From: an uncultured archaeon
GTDB taxonomy: Archaea > Thermoproteota > Bathyarchaeia > Bathyarchaeales > DTEX01
DNA: 56,385 nucleotides
Direction: 5' to 3'
NCBI GenBank assembly: GCA_938091805.1
Contig: CALKGV010000040.1
Location: forward strand, 1 to 56,385
The stretch's first letter is position 1. The number at the start of each line of letters is the position of its first letter. Shown in pieces: positions 7,816 to 16,984 of this stretch. A program made the position numbers and the translations under genes. Under the pieces are notes generated by a model. It did not search any database. It was given only the letters and a program-made list of their open reading frames with translations, and was not told the origin of the DNA.

Positions 7816-9745
7816 TGGGGGATTTATCTCCGTGAAATTGAAGATTAGCAGAGAGACTTATTGGGATAGGGTTTATGGTTGCTGGTTGGGTAAAAATGCT
7901 GGTGGGACGCTCGGTGGACCATTAGAGAGAATCTATGGGAAGGATGAGATGTTTGATGTCTGGTGGTATCTAAAGCTCGCTGAGGGCGGCATACCAAACG
8001 ATGATTTAGAAATACAGCTTGTTTGGCTTCAGGCACTCAGAGATAGGGGCATCGATCTGACACCGCGCGACCTGGCTGACTACTGGCTTGACTGCATACT
8101 ATATAATCCAGACGAATACGGGCTTCATAAAACAAATTTAAGGAAAGGTCTCCAGCCGCCGGTTTCCGGCTGGTATAACAACTGGTTTAAAGATTGCATG
8201 GGCAGCCCAATAAGATCTGAGATCTGGGCATGCATATCTCCCGGCGCCCCAAACATTGCCGCTAAATACGCCTATCAAGATGCAATATGTGACCACGCTG
8301 GAGGCGAATCAGTTCATGGCGAGATATTCAATGCTGTCCTTGAGTCTGCGGCTTTCATTATAAACGATAGAGTTAAACTTGTGGAGTTAGGCTTAACAGC
8401 GATACCGGAGAATTCTGCAACCGCTAGAGCTATTAAAATCGCATTAGAAGCCTACTTAAAGGATTTAGATTGGAGAGAAGCCCGTGAGCGCGTTAAAGAA
8501 TCCGTTTACAGTCCGATAGCCCAGTACTCCCCGATAAATCTAGGTTTTCAAACAATCGGTTTACTTTATGGAGAAGATTTTGGGGACGCTATCTGTAAGG
8601 CTGTGAATTGTGGATGGGACACCGACTGCACGGGTGCAACGGTTGGAGCAATATGGGGCATAATGTACGGCAGAAAAAATCTTCCTGAGAAATGGATTAA
8701 ACCCCTAGGCAACACTATAGCTGTAAGCGATGGGATAAAGAATATACGTGCACCAGCAACCATCGATGAATTAACAAGCGAGGTATGCGCAATAGGCGAG
8801 AAGACCCTAAAGCGCTTTAACGCTCAAACTGAGATCTCCGACAATGACGATTTTGGGAATGCAGAGGAGATCCTAAAATCTCTAATTAATGATGTAAAAT
8901 CTCTTTGGAGTATGCCGCCCAACACGGTTGATTTCAACCTAACAAGCATAAAAATCTCCGCGATTTACTTAGACGGCCCAGCCGTTCTACCAAATGAACC
9001 TAACAGGTTCATCGTTTCCATCGAAAATATGTGCCTAGCTCCAGTTTCCGGCACGCTGAGAATTTCCACACCATCAGGCTGGATGCTTGAACCAGCAGTT
9101 CCATATCAGATAAATTTAGACGCTGGAGAGAAGGCTAACTTTAGATTTTCAGTCACCTCGCCAGTAAAAAACATAAACGCTTCAAATGAATGCTTAATTA
9201 AGGTGTCACTGAATGATAGGCCGCGCCTTATGAGCGTCCCCATAGTGTTTGTTGGAGGCTTCCGATGGCTGGTTTCCGAAGTTTTTCGTGAACCGCTCTC
9301 CCTAGACTTTCTCTTCCCGCCAGAAAAAGACTTGGATCTTTATGGGGTTGGTGAGGGATGGCAAATAGTTTCATGGCCTGAAAACTCCCTTAAAGTTGAA
9401 GAGTTTTTTAATGAAAAGCCGGGAATAATATATTTGAGGCACTTCATTTATTCACCAAGCGATCGAAGAGTTATAGTTGGTGTACCCAATAATAGCCGCA
9501 TGAAGCTCTGGCTAAACGGCGAATTAATCCATGAGACTATTAAGCCCGTTCCTCTAAGGCCCAACTATGGAGGCGACGGATCAAATTATGCTGAGGCGGA
9601 TCTTAAGAGTGGATGGAACCACCTAATGATTAAAATTATGCGTGGAAGCGGCCCTCTGGAGGCGCACTTTACAATCGCAAGCAGCGAATGGTACAGCGGG
9701 ATGACCGATTTAATCCACTGGAGATTTCCATGGGAAAGCGAATGA
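7793..9745 (+). CDS. ADP-ribosylglycohydrolase (ARH)-fold protein with a C-terminal beta-sandwich extension of ~310 aa
   Basis: ARH-type motifs GKNAGGTLGGPLE, NDDLEIQ and GWDTDCTGATVGAIWG. The C-terminal part (KLWLNGELIHE...ADLKSGWNHLMIKI) resembles glycosidase sugar-binding jelly-roll sequence. ATG 7793 follows GGAGA and overlaps the upstream gene by 23 nt; GTG 7832 is an alternative. No signal peptide or TM. Confidence 0.75.
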   Translation: MKSSCSFNGGFISVKLKISRETYWDRVYGCWLGKNAGGTLGGPLERIYGKDEMFDVWWYLKLAEGGIPNDDLEIQLVWLQALRDRGIDLTPRDLADYWLDCILYNPDEYGLHKTNLRKGLQPPVSGWYNNWFKDCMGSPIRSEIWACISPGAPNIAAKYAYQDAICDHAGGESVHGEIFNAVLESAAFIINDRVKLVELGLTAIPENSATARAIKIALEAYLKDLDWREARERVKESVYSPIAQYSPINLGFQTIGLLYGEDFGDAICKAVNCGWDTDCTGATVGAIWGIMYGRKNLPEKWIKPLGNTIAVSDGIKNIRAPATIDELTSEVCAIGEKTLKRFNAQTEISDNDDFGNAEEILKSLINDVKSLWSMPPNTVDFNLTSIKISAIYLDGPAVLPNEPNRFIVSIENMCLAPVSGTLRISTPSGWMLEPAVPYQINLDAGEKANFRFSVTSPVKNINASNECLIKVSLNDRPRLMSVPIVFVGGFRWLVSEVFREPLSLDFLFPPEKDLDLYGVGEGWQIVSWPENSLKVEEFFNEKPGIIYLRHFIYSPSDRRVIVGVPNNSRMKLWLNGELIHETIKPVPLRPNYGGDGSNYAEADLKSGWNHLMIKIMRGSGPLEAHFTIASSEWYSGMTDLIHWRFPWESE

Positions 9746-9818
9746 CATTTAAATTTCGCTTCACTTATGCCGAGAGCAAGCAAGTTTATAACTTTAATCT
9801 TTTAACGATTAATATTTG

Positions 9819-11405
9819 ATGAACGACAAAATATGCAGAGAGATCATCGAGCATCTAATGAGCATCCCCAATCCATCAGTGAGGGATGTTAACTTAGCCA
9901 AGACTAGAGTTGCTGAGAAGCATGGGTTAAGCCTCATACCTTCAAACTCTGAACTTATACAATGTTTAAGGCCGGAGGAGAGGATGAAGCTCCTTAAAGT
10001 TCTACGCAGGAAGGCTGTTAGGGTAATATCGGGGGTTACGATAATAGCTGTTATGGCTAAGCCATGGCCATGCCCGCAGGGGGAGCCATGTGCCTACTGC
10101 CCGGGGGGCCCATCATACGGTGTTCCGCAGAGCTACACTGGACGTGAGCCAGCTACAATGCGTGGATTGCAGCATGGGTTCGACCCGTACAGCCAAGTTA
10201 GGCATCGGATTGAGCAGCTTGAGGCTATAGGACACACGGTTGATAAAGTTGAGTTAATTGTTATGGGTGGAACCTTCCCGGCTATGCCAGTGAGCTATCA
10301 GGAGAATTTTATTAAAGAATGTTTAGATGCTATCACAGGCGTAAGCTCCCGGTCACTTGATGAAGCTAAGAGGAATGCTGAGGTTAGCAGCATCAGAAAT
10401 GTTGGAATAACCGTTGAAACCCGCCCAGACTGGTGCAATAAAACCCATGTGGATAGAATGCTGTCCCTCGGTGTAACCCGGATTGAAATAGGGGTGCAAA
10501 ACATATATGATGACATATATAGCCTAGTGAACAGAGGACATACTGTTAGAGACGTTATTGAGGCCACTCAAATAATTAAGGATTCAGGCTTAAAAGTTGT
10601 TTACCACATGATGCCGGGGCTTCCAGGCTCAAATTTCAAGAGGGATCTCGAAGCTTTCAAAACTATTTTCTCGGATCCAAGATTTAAGCCAGACATGCTT
10701 AAAATTTATCCATGCTTAGTTATTAAGGGAACGAAAGTTTATGATTGGTGGGTTAAAGGTCTTTATAGTCCATACACAGTCGAAGAGGCCGCGGAACTAA
10801 TAGCTGAGGTGAAGAAAATTATCCCAGAATGGATTAGAATCATGCGCGTCCAGAGGGATGTGCCGGCTTACCTTATTGAGGCAGGGGTTAAAAAAAGTAA
10901 TCTGCGTGAGATAGCATTAATGAAGCTTCGGAATGAGGGCGCGCGTTGCCGTTGTATAAGATGCCGTGAAGTTGGTCATAGGTGGCTGAGGGACGGCGTT
11001 AGACCAAATCTGGAGAACCTGCGGATTTTAGTGAGGCATTATGAGGCTTCTGGAGGTGAAGAATTCTTTATATCTGCTGAAGATGTTGTAAATGATGTTC
11101 TAATCGGCTACTTAAGGCTCAGAATTCCCTCCAATATGGCTCATAGACCCGAGATAGCTGGTAAAAGGGTTTCATTAATCAGGGAGCTACGGGTTTTAGG
11201 ATTACTTGTCCCAGTTGGCAGGCATGCAAGTGATGAATATCAACATAAGGGTTATGGAAAAGCCCTCCTAGAGGAAGCTGAAAGGATAAGCGTTAAGCTG
11301 GGCTGCGATAAGATCCTTGTAACCAGCGCACTTGGGACGAAACGGTATTATATGCGTTTTGGCTACACCTATGACGGCCCATACATGGGCAAAAATTTAT
11401 CCTAG
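9819..11405 (+). CDS. elp3: Elp3-type radical SAM / GNAT tRNA uridine(34) modification enzyme
   Basis: Radical-SAM cluster CPQGEPCAYCPGG and a C-terminal GNAT (HKGYGKALLEEAERI). The length is typical for archaeal Elp3. Confidence 0.9.
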   Translation: MNDKICREIIEHLMSIPNPSVRDVNLAKTRVAEKHGLSLIPSNSELIQCLRPEERMKLLKVLRRKAVRVISGVTIIAVMAKPWPCPQGEPCAYCPGGPSYGVPQSYTGREPATMRGLQHGFDPYSQVRHRIEQLEAIGHTVDKVELIVMGGTFPAMPVSYQENFIKECLDAITGVSSRSLDEAKRNAEVSSIRNVGITVETRPDWCNKTHVDRMLSLGVTRIEIGVQNIYDDIYSLVNRGHTVRDVIEATQIIKDSGLKVVYHMMPGLPGSNFKRDLEAFKTIFSDPRFKPDMLKIYPCLVIKGTKVYDWWVKGLYSPYTVEEAAELIAEVKKIIPEWIRIMRVQRDVPAYLIEAGVKKSNLREIALMKLRNEGARCRCIRCREVGHRWLRDGVRPNLENLRILVRHYEASGGEEFFISAEDVVNDVLIGYLRLRIPSNMAHRPEIAGKRVSLIRELRVLGLLVPVGRHASDEYQHKGYGKALLEEAERISVKLGCDKILVTSALGTKRYYMRFGYTYDGPYMGKNLS

Positions 11406-11412
11406 CGAATTC

Positions 11413-11461
11413 ATATATACATGCCTTCCTTTTAGCTAGGAAGGGTAGGGCATGTATATAT
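11413..11461. repeat. strong intergenic hairpin (13-bp perfect outer stem plus 7-bp inner stem)
   Basis: ATATATACATGCC (11413-11425) pairs with GGCATGTATATAT (11449-11461). Inner CCTTCCT (11424-11430) pairs with AGGAAGG (11438-11444). The hairpin starts 8 nt after the elp3 stop, and its right arm doubles as a TATA-like box about 40 nt before glyS ATG 11498. Confidence 0.7.
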
Positions 11462-11497
11462 TGAACCTGTGAAATGTTAATTGGATGGTATCCGGCG

Positions 11498-13243
11498 ATG
11501 AAAGGCGCAGATAAGTTTGAGAGAATAAGCGAATTAGCTCGCAGACGCGGCTTCTTCTGGCCGTCCTATGAAATATATGGCGGCATAAGCGGCTTCATAA
11601 ATTGGGGTCCACTGGGCGCGGTTATGAAGAGAAAGATCGAGGATAAGTTTAGAGATATCTTTCTCCGCCGCTTAAATTTTTACGAAATTGAATCGCCAAT
11701 AATTGCTCCTGAACGTGTATTCAAGGCCTCCGGACATGTGGATCATTTTAAGGAACCCTTAGTTGAATGTTTAAAATGTAGGAGAAAGTTTAGAGCTGAT
11801 CATCTGCTTCAGGAGTTTGCCGATCTGAGCTCGCAGGAAACCGATAGAATGAGCCTTCAGGAAATTGCTGGCGAAATCGAACAGCGCAACATTAAATGCC
11901 CGGAATGTAACGGCGCCCTTTCAGAGCCAAAATACTTCCTAACCATGTTCCAGACAACTATTGGCCCCTACTCGGAGAGCGTTGGTTACGGCCGTCCGGA
12001 AGCGGCTCAAGGAATCTTCGTTGAATTTAAACGTCTCTATGAGCAGGTTAGGGAGCGCTTACCCATAGGCTTTGCTCAAATTGGGCATGCGCTTAGAAAC
12101 GAGATTTCACCTAGGCAAGGACCGATAAGACTTAGGGAGTTTACAATTATCGACTTAGAGTTCTTTTTTGATCCGGAGAAACCTCAATGTCCATTCTTAA
12201 ATGAGGTTGCAGATGAGAGTCTGAGACTTGTCCTTGCAGAAAACAGGCTTAAGGGCGATGGGAAACCAGTTAAATTAACAGTTAAGGAGATAGTGGCTCA
12301 AGGTCTCATTAAGGTTGAGTGGCATGTTTTCTTTATGGCTTTAGCTAAGCGGCTTCTTGCTGACTTAAGTATACCTGAAGATAAACAGCGATTTATAGAG
12401 AAACATCCCTGGGAAAGGGCTCATTATTCAACTCAGGGATTTGACCAGGAAGTTTACCTCGATAGATGGGGCTGGGTTGAGGTTGCTGGTTTTAACTACA
12501 GGACAGACTATGACTTAAAAGGTCACATGATGGAAAGCGGGGTCGACATGAGGGTCTTTAAACCAAGCGAGAAAGAGATTATGCGTGTAGAAATGCAAGT
12601 TAAGCCTCTAATTGAAAGCATCAGCCAAACTTTTAAAGATAAGGCTCCTAAAGTTGTGGAGGCACTGCAAAATGTTGACCCCAACGCTCTTGCAGAGGCC
12701 TTGAAGAGGCATGGTTTTTATGAAATGAATGGTTTCAGAATAACATCTGAGCATGTGGAGGTTATTCAAAAAGAGTTTAGAGAAAAAGGTAGACATTTTA
12801 TTCCACATGTGATAGAACCGAGTTTCGGATCGGACCGCTTGACTTACGCTGCTCTCGAGTACGCTTATACCATCAAGGATGATAGAGTTATTCTTAAATT
12901 GCCCAGAGATATCGCGCCAATACAGCTGGCTGTTCTGCCTCTGGTAAGCAGGGATGGATTGCCTGAGAAAGCTAAAGAAGTTTACAGAATCCTAATAGAT
13001 GAGGGTTTCACCGTTGAGTACGATGACTCCGGCTACATTGGCAGAAGATACGCGCGTTTTGATGAAGTTGGGGTTCCGCTTTGCATAACGGTGGACTATC
13101 AAACCCTCAAAGATGATACGGTGACCATACGTGATAGGGATACGTGGAGGCAGGTTAGAGCTGAAATAAGGGGACTTCCATGGCTCTTACATAACTACTT
13201 CCGCTTTAAGATAAATTTTGATGATTTAGGTTTGCCAATCTAG
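11498..13243 (+). CDS. glyS: glycine--tRNA ligase (archaeal/eukaryotic class II type)
   Basis: N-terminal RRGFFWPSYEIYGGISGF, zinc-like CLKCRRKF...CPECNG, and class II motifs. Start taken at ATG 11498; the ORF opens at 11474. Confidence 0.9.
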   Translation: MKGADKFERISELARRRGFFWPSYEIYGGISGFINWGPLGAVMKRKIEDKFRDIFLRRLNFYEIESPIIAPERVFKASGHVDHFKEPLVECLKCRRKFRADHLLQEFADLSSQETDRMSLQEIAGEIEQRNIKCPECNGALSEPKYFLTMFQTTIGPYSESVGYGRPEAAQGIFVEFKRLYEQVRERLPIGFAQIGHALRNEISPRQGPIRLREFTIIDLEFFFDPEKPQCPFLNEVADESLRLVLAENRLKGDGKPVKLTVKEIVAQGLIKVEWHVFFMALAKRLLADLSIPEDKQRFIEKHPWERAHYSTQGFDQEVYLDRWGWVEVAGFNYRTDYDLKGHMMESGVDMRVFKPSEKEIMRVEMQVKPLIESISQTFKDKAPKVVEALQNVDPNALAEALKRHGFYEMNGFRITSEHVEVIQKEFREKGRHFIPHVIEPSFGSDRLTYAALEYAYTIKDDRVILKLPRDIAPIQLAVLPLVSRDGLPEKAKEVYRILIDEGFTVEYDDSGYIGRRYARFDEVGVPLCITVDYQTLKDDTVTIRDRDTWRQVRAEIRGLPWLLHNYFRFKINFDDLGLPI

Positions 13244-13335
13244 AAATCACCTGACCCATCGCTTCTGCCATGTTAGCGTAGGTAGATTTTTAAAGCCTTT
13301 TTTCTATTCTTTCTTTAGATGATGATTAGTGATAT

Positions 13336-14010
13336 TTGAGGCTGAAGACCTTGGTGCTGCCGGTTGAAGCTGAGCCGCGCGCTAAAAGGAGAGCTTTAAA
13401 TCTCTGTCAGGATCACCTCAGAAAAGTGGTGGAGGTTGCCCGAAAAACAATGCAGATGATTGATGCCTTTGTCGCCAACGATGGAGGCTCCGTCATGCGT
13501 TTATACGAAGAAATACAAAGACTCAGCGACGAAGTTATGGACTCAAAGAGGGTTGTTACGCAGGAACTTGTTGAGATAGGCGCCATACTTTTTAACCGCG
13601 AAGACTTCTTAAGGTTTACCTACACAGCGAGCGAGATCGCCGAACTATATAAGGGTGTATCCTTTAGGGTGCTAGCTATGGTTGAGAGAAAATGGGATCT
13701 GCCGCAGTCCATTAAGAAAGGCATAGTTGAGCTCTCCGAAGCTGTTTTCAATGCCGTAATGAAACTTAGGGAGACTGTGCTTACCCTGAGTTATGGTTCA
13801 CCGCAAATATCTGAGAAAGCTAGGGATGTTGAGGTTGCTGAGAAGCAAGTGGATAATCTTTATCGAAGTTTAGAGATACTGCTTCTTGAGCAGAACATAA
13901 ATCTATCAACAATGCTTCTGGCAAGAGACATAATTCAGCTTCTCGAAGATACTGCGGATAAAATTGAGGATGTGTCCGATGCTGTAAGGATTCTTGCGCT
14001 AGCAATATAA
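13336..14010 (+). CDS. DUF47 / PhoU-like family protein
   Basis: 224-aa all-helical protein with the DUF47-like layout (…EIQRLSDEVMDSKR…, C-terminal LLEDTADKIEDVSDAVRILAL). TTG start. Confidence 0.6.
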   Translation: MRLKTLVLPVEAEPRAKRRALNLCQDHLRKVVEVARKTMQMIDAFVANDGGSVMRLYEEIQRLSDEVMDSKRVVTQELVEIGAILFNREDFLRFTYTASEIAELYKGVSFRVLAMVERKWDLPQSIKKGIVELSEAVFNAVMKLRETVLTLSYGSPQISEKARDVEVAEKQVDNLYRSLEILLLEQNINLSTMLLARDIIQLLEDTADKIEDVSDAVRILALAI

Positions 14011-14035
14011 TGCGCATGCCGCTGAGGTTAGAATT

Positions 14036-14596
14036 ATGGCAAAAAAGAGAATTGAGGCGGAATTTATAGAGAATTTCATAGTGGTTTGGAATCCGAAAGA
14101 AGGCTCAGAACTCTACAGGATGGGTTTTTACGGGAAGCCTCTAGGCATACCTAAACCTAAAGACCCGGGCTTTAATGTCCCGTTAATACTCGATTTAATG
14201 GAGGGACTATACCTGCTGGAGAAAGGTTTAATAAATATAATTGAGGGACCTGAAAAAGCAAAAGTCAATCACAAAGCTCTTAGAGGCAGAGCTAGAAAAG
14301 TTTATGAAGACTTTGATCTTAAGTATGCCGTATATAAAGATCTTAGAGAAAAAGGACTTGTCGTAACCCCAGGCGTCAAGTTTGGATGCGACTTTGCGGT
14401 TTATAAGCAAGGTCCAGGCCTAGAGCATGCCCCATACATGGTCTCGGTGAGAAGTAAAGAGGACGAGATAACAGCTACGGAAATAGTTAAGGCCGGAAGG
14501 CTCGCAACAACTGTTAGAAAGAGATTTATAGTAGCTATTCCAGACTTAGAAAGAGACAAAATACAATACTTAATTTTTAAATGGTTTAAGGCGTAA
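14036..14596 (+). CDS. endA: tRNA-splicing endonuclease subunit
   Basis: C-terminal catalytic domain KFGCDFAVYKQGPGLEHAPYMVSV…TTVRKRFIVAI. GAGGT SD. Confidence 0.85.
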   Translation: MAKKRIEAEFIENFIVVWNPKEGSELYRMGFYGKPLGIPKPKDPGFNVPLILDLMEGLYLLEKGLINIIEGPEKAKVNHKALRGRARKVYEDFDLKYAVYKDLREKGLVVTPGVKFGCDFAVYKQGPGLEHAPYMVSVRSKEDEITATEIVKAGRLATTVRKRFIVAIPDLERDKIQYLIFKWFKA

Positions 14597-14723
14597 AAAT
14601 CATTTTATTTCTCATGAGCTCCTCGAGAAGGTTTTTCCATCGAATAGTCCAATCCATTTTCTCAAAGAAACTCGCCTTAAAGAAGTTTTCAGCCCATTTC
14701 CGCATGGCAAAATTTCTGATTGA

Positions 14724-15113
14724 TCAATCATTTTCTGCTTCCTCTTCAATTCTCCTTGTTTTTTCCGCCGTCTCCACGATTTTCATGTTTACCTGCACTA
14801 TTTCTTCAGTTATGATGTTTCCACGCATTGTTTTCCGTCTTCTTTCCCCTCTATCTCTAGGTTTAAAGCCTACTCCGCCGCTTAATAGAATTTTTGTTTT
14901 CACCCCGCCGTGGATATCAGGCCTCATTGGGAAACCATCCTTGTCGCATCCGCCAGTTATCATGAGTTTCGTTCCCGGCATGCCTATAATTGTTCCATCC
15001 ACAATGTCACCAATCTTTCTGCCTATTAGAGGAGCCGCCCTGTTTCCCTCAACCTCGATAGTTTTAGAAACTCCGCTCATCGGGTTTGAAATTATTATCT
15101 TAAACTTCGCCAT
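14724..15113 (-). CDS. rps6e: 30S ribosomal protein S6e
   Basis: [23 protein letters not shown]…[16 protein letters not shown]…[11 protein letters not shown]. Confidence 0.92.
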   Translation of the reverse strand: MAKFKIIISNPMSGVSKTIEVEGNRAAPLIGRKIGDIVDGTIIGMPGTKLMITGGCDKDGFPMRPDIHGGVKTKILLSGGVGFKPRDRGERRRKTMRGNIITEEIVQVNMKIVETAEKTRRIEEEAEND

Positions 15114-15156
15114 TCTCCGACGCCTCCCTTAAAAGAGAGAACATTCTAAATATAAA

Positions 15157-16293
15157 TTATTCGCAAACATTTATCTTCTGAGATAAATCATCTAGATCAA
15201 AGATGCATCCAGCATATGTAATCAGGATAATTATTCTTCTCCTTTCCACATCTTCTTCCGTCATGATCTCATTTATCTCCTCGTCTTCATAAATATAAAA
15301 CTCGTATTTTTCAAGAAATTCCTTAAACTCTCTTGTCTCAGCAACGTAATTGCCCCCAGTAACGTTCATGTATTGAAATGTGTAATGCTTTATTAAAGCA
15401 GCCTCTTTCACAGCGTTTAGGGGTTTAACACTTAAGTCTCCGCTGACATAAGTTAGATCAACGGGCAGCCAACCCCACGGCGGAACATAAACCATGGCCC
15501 AACCATGCCAGCCCACTCGATTCTGCCTAATCATTAAGTGACCGCTCCAGTAAGTGAGGTTTCGCCCGTACTGCGGGATATATATGCAACCAACTTGCAG
15601 ATAAGCAGGTATACCGATAGAGCGGCAAAACGTGATTAGCAGGTTTGCCTGGTCGTCGCAGTCACCAACCCGTTCATAAAGCGTCTCATTCGGGTATCTC
15701 GGTATCTCAGATGATTTATATTCAATATTTAGCTTTATCCATTTAATGAATTTTTTAAGAATGGACAGAACATTTATCTCATTTCCAGATATCTCTAGTG
15801 CTTTTTCCTTAAGCACTGGGTTATTCGACTGCCATAGATCGGTTGGTTCACAATAAGTTTTTCTTAAGTCTTCTGATATTTCATCCAAGACGCCCGATTT
15901 ATCCTCAGATATTTCAGGTAGGAAGCGCTGTTTAAACGTAAGCCTAAATGTGAGATTGTAGCCGACCCTCTCACCTAAACCTATTGAAGTCTTAGTGAAA
16001 TTTATTATGGCTATTTTGTTTCCGTTTGAGTCATGATCGATCTTTTCAATGGGGTGAGAGACGCTGATCAAATTAACTGTTTGCCAACTGTTATTCATGA
16101 ATAGGCTGATCGCCTTATCATTTTCAGTAAAATTCCATATTGCTTGTTCATCCCTATTTTCATAGACAACTTCAGATTTGAGGATGAAGATTTTTTCATA
16201 TATCCCTTTATGTATTAAATGTGGGAAGCTGGCTGTTAAAAGAGCAATGAGCAGAATTAGGATTAGCAAGTAACCTATAACCATCCTCGTCAT
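15157..16293 (-). CDS. membrane-anchored transglutaminase-like cysteine protease-fold protein
   Basis: TM helix VIGYLLILILLIALL and a Cys-His-Asp core (GDCDDQANLL, WHGWAMVYV, LPVDLT). The start is uncertain (ATG 16293, 16284 or 16332). The full ORF to 16416 would overlap the divergent macro gene. Confidence 0.75.
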   Translation of the reverse strand: MTRMVIGYLLILILLIALLTASFPHLIHKGIYEKIFILKSEVVYENRDEQAIWNFTENDKAISLFMNNSWQTVNLISVSHPIEKIDHDSNGNKIAIINFTKTSIGLGERVGYNLTFRLTFKQRFLPEISEDKSGVLDEISEDLRKTYCEPTDLWQSNNPVLKEKALEISGNEINVLSILKKFIKWIKLNIEYKSSEIPRYPNETLYERVGDCDDQANLLITFCRSIGIPAYLQVGCIYIPQYGRNLTYWSGHLMIRQNRVGWHGWAMVYVPPWGWLPVDLTYVSGDLSVKPLNAVKEAALIKHYTFQYMNVTGGNYVAETREFKEFLEKYEFYIYEDEEINEIMTEEDVERRRIIILITYAGCIFDLDDLSQKINVCE

Positions 16294-16410
16294 ACGCTTT
16301 TCCTGGGAATTTAGATGCGTAATGATGGACATTCTGCGATGAAGATCTCCAATTAAAATATCCGTGAATCTTAAATAATTATTTTTCCAGAAATTAAGGT
16401 GGTGTTTGTG

Positions 16411-16962
16411 ATGCATATTGAAATTGGAGAAACCTTAATTGAGCTCATTAAAGGTGACATAACCGATCTAGATGTGGATTGCATAGTTAATGCCGCTAAT
16501 AGCATGTTAAAGATGGGTGGTGGAGTGGCCGGAGCCATCAGAAGGAAAGGCGGGTTAAAAATACAGGATGAATGCGATGATATAGTTTCAAAAAGAGGGC
16601 CCATACCAGTAGGTGAGGCAGTTATAACAAGCGGTGGAAACCTGAAAGCAAAGTACGTGATACATGCAGTTGGTCCAACTTACGGCGAAGGAAACGAGAA
16701 ATGGAAACTTAAAAATGCAACATTGAATAGTTTAAAGCTTGCCGAGAAGTATAATATATCCAGCATAGCTTTTCCGGCGATTTCAACAGGCTACTTCGGA
16801 TTGCCTAAAGATGAATGTGCAGAGGCAATGATCCCTGCGGCGCTTTCATACATTAGGGAGGGGACAAGGTTGAAAAGAATAATCTTCTGCCTTTATGATG
16901 ATGAAACATTCAACATATTTAAGGAGGCTCTCGAGAGAATTAAATGTTCACAGACTCTTTAA
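16411..16962 (+). CDS. macro-domain protein (ADP-ribose binding/hydrolase family)
   Basis: NAANSMLKMGGGVAGAIRRKGG and IAFPAISTGYFG motifs. AAGGTGGTG SD lies before ATG 16411. Confidence 0.88.
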   Translation: MHIEIGETLIELIKGDITDLDVDCIVNAANSMLKMGGGVAGAIRRKGGLKIQDECDDIVSKRGPIPVGEAVITSGGNLKAKYVIHAVGPTYGEGNEKWKLKNATLNSLKLAEKYNISSIAFPAISTGYFGLPKDECAEAMIPAALSYIREGTRLKRIIFCLYDDETFNIFKEALERIKCSQTL

Positions 16963-16984
16963 ACAGCTTAAACAAGGTGTTTAA

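Noticed and set aside
14586-14705. 39-aa minus-strand ORF (MRKWAENFFKASFFEKMDWTIRW…) downstream of S6e, overlapping the endA 3' end.
   Set aside because: No recognisable family, and it overlaps a convergent gene. It is likely fortuitous.
14614-15132. Long ORFs antisense to well-supported genes. Examples: 14614-15132 opposite S6e, 27304-27903 opposite L5/S4e, 37674-38195 opposite AlaX, 43547-44080 opposite the HAD gene, 42422-42895 opposite the ABC ATPase, 50416-50862 opposite lysJ, and the 21356-21745 and 23441-24184 series.
   Set aside because: Their products are Ser/Pro/Leu/Ile-rich with no motifs. Each lies fully inside a gene whose product has clear family signatures. This is typical shadow-frame behaviour, not evidence of overlapping genes.
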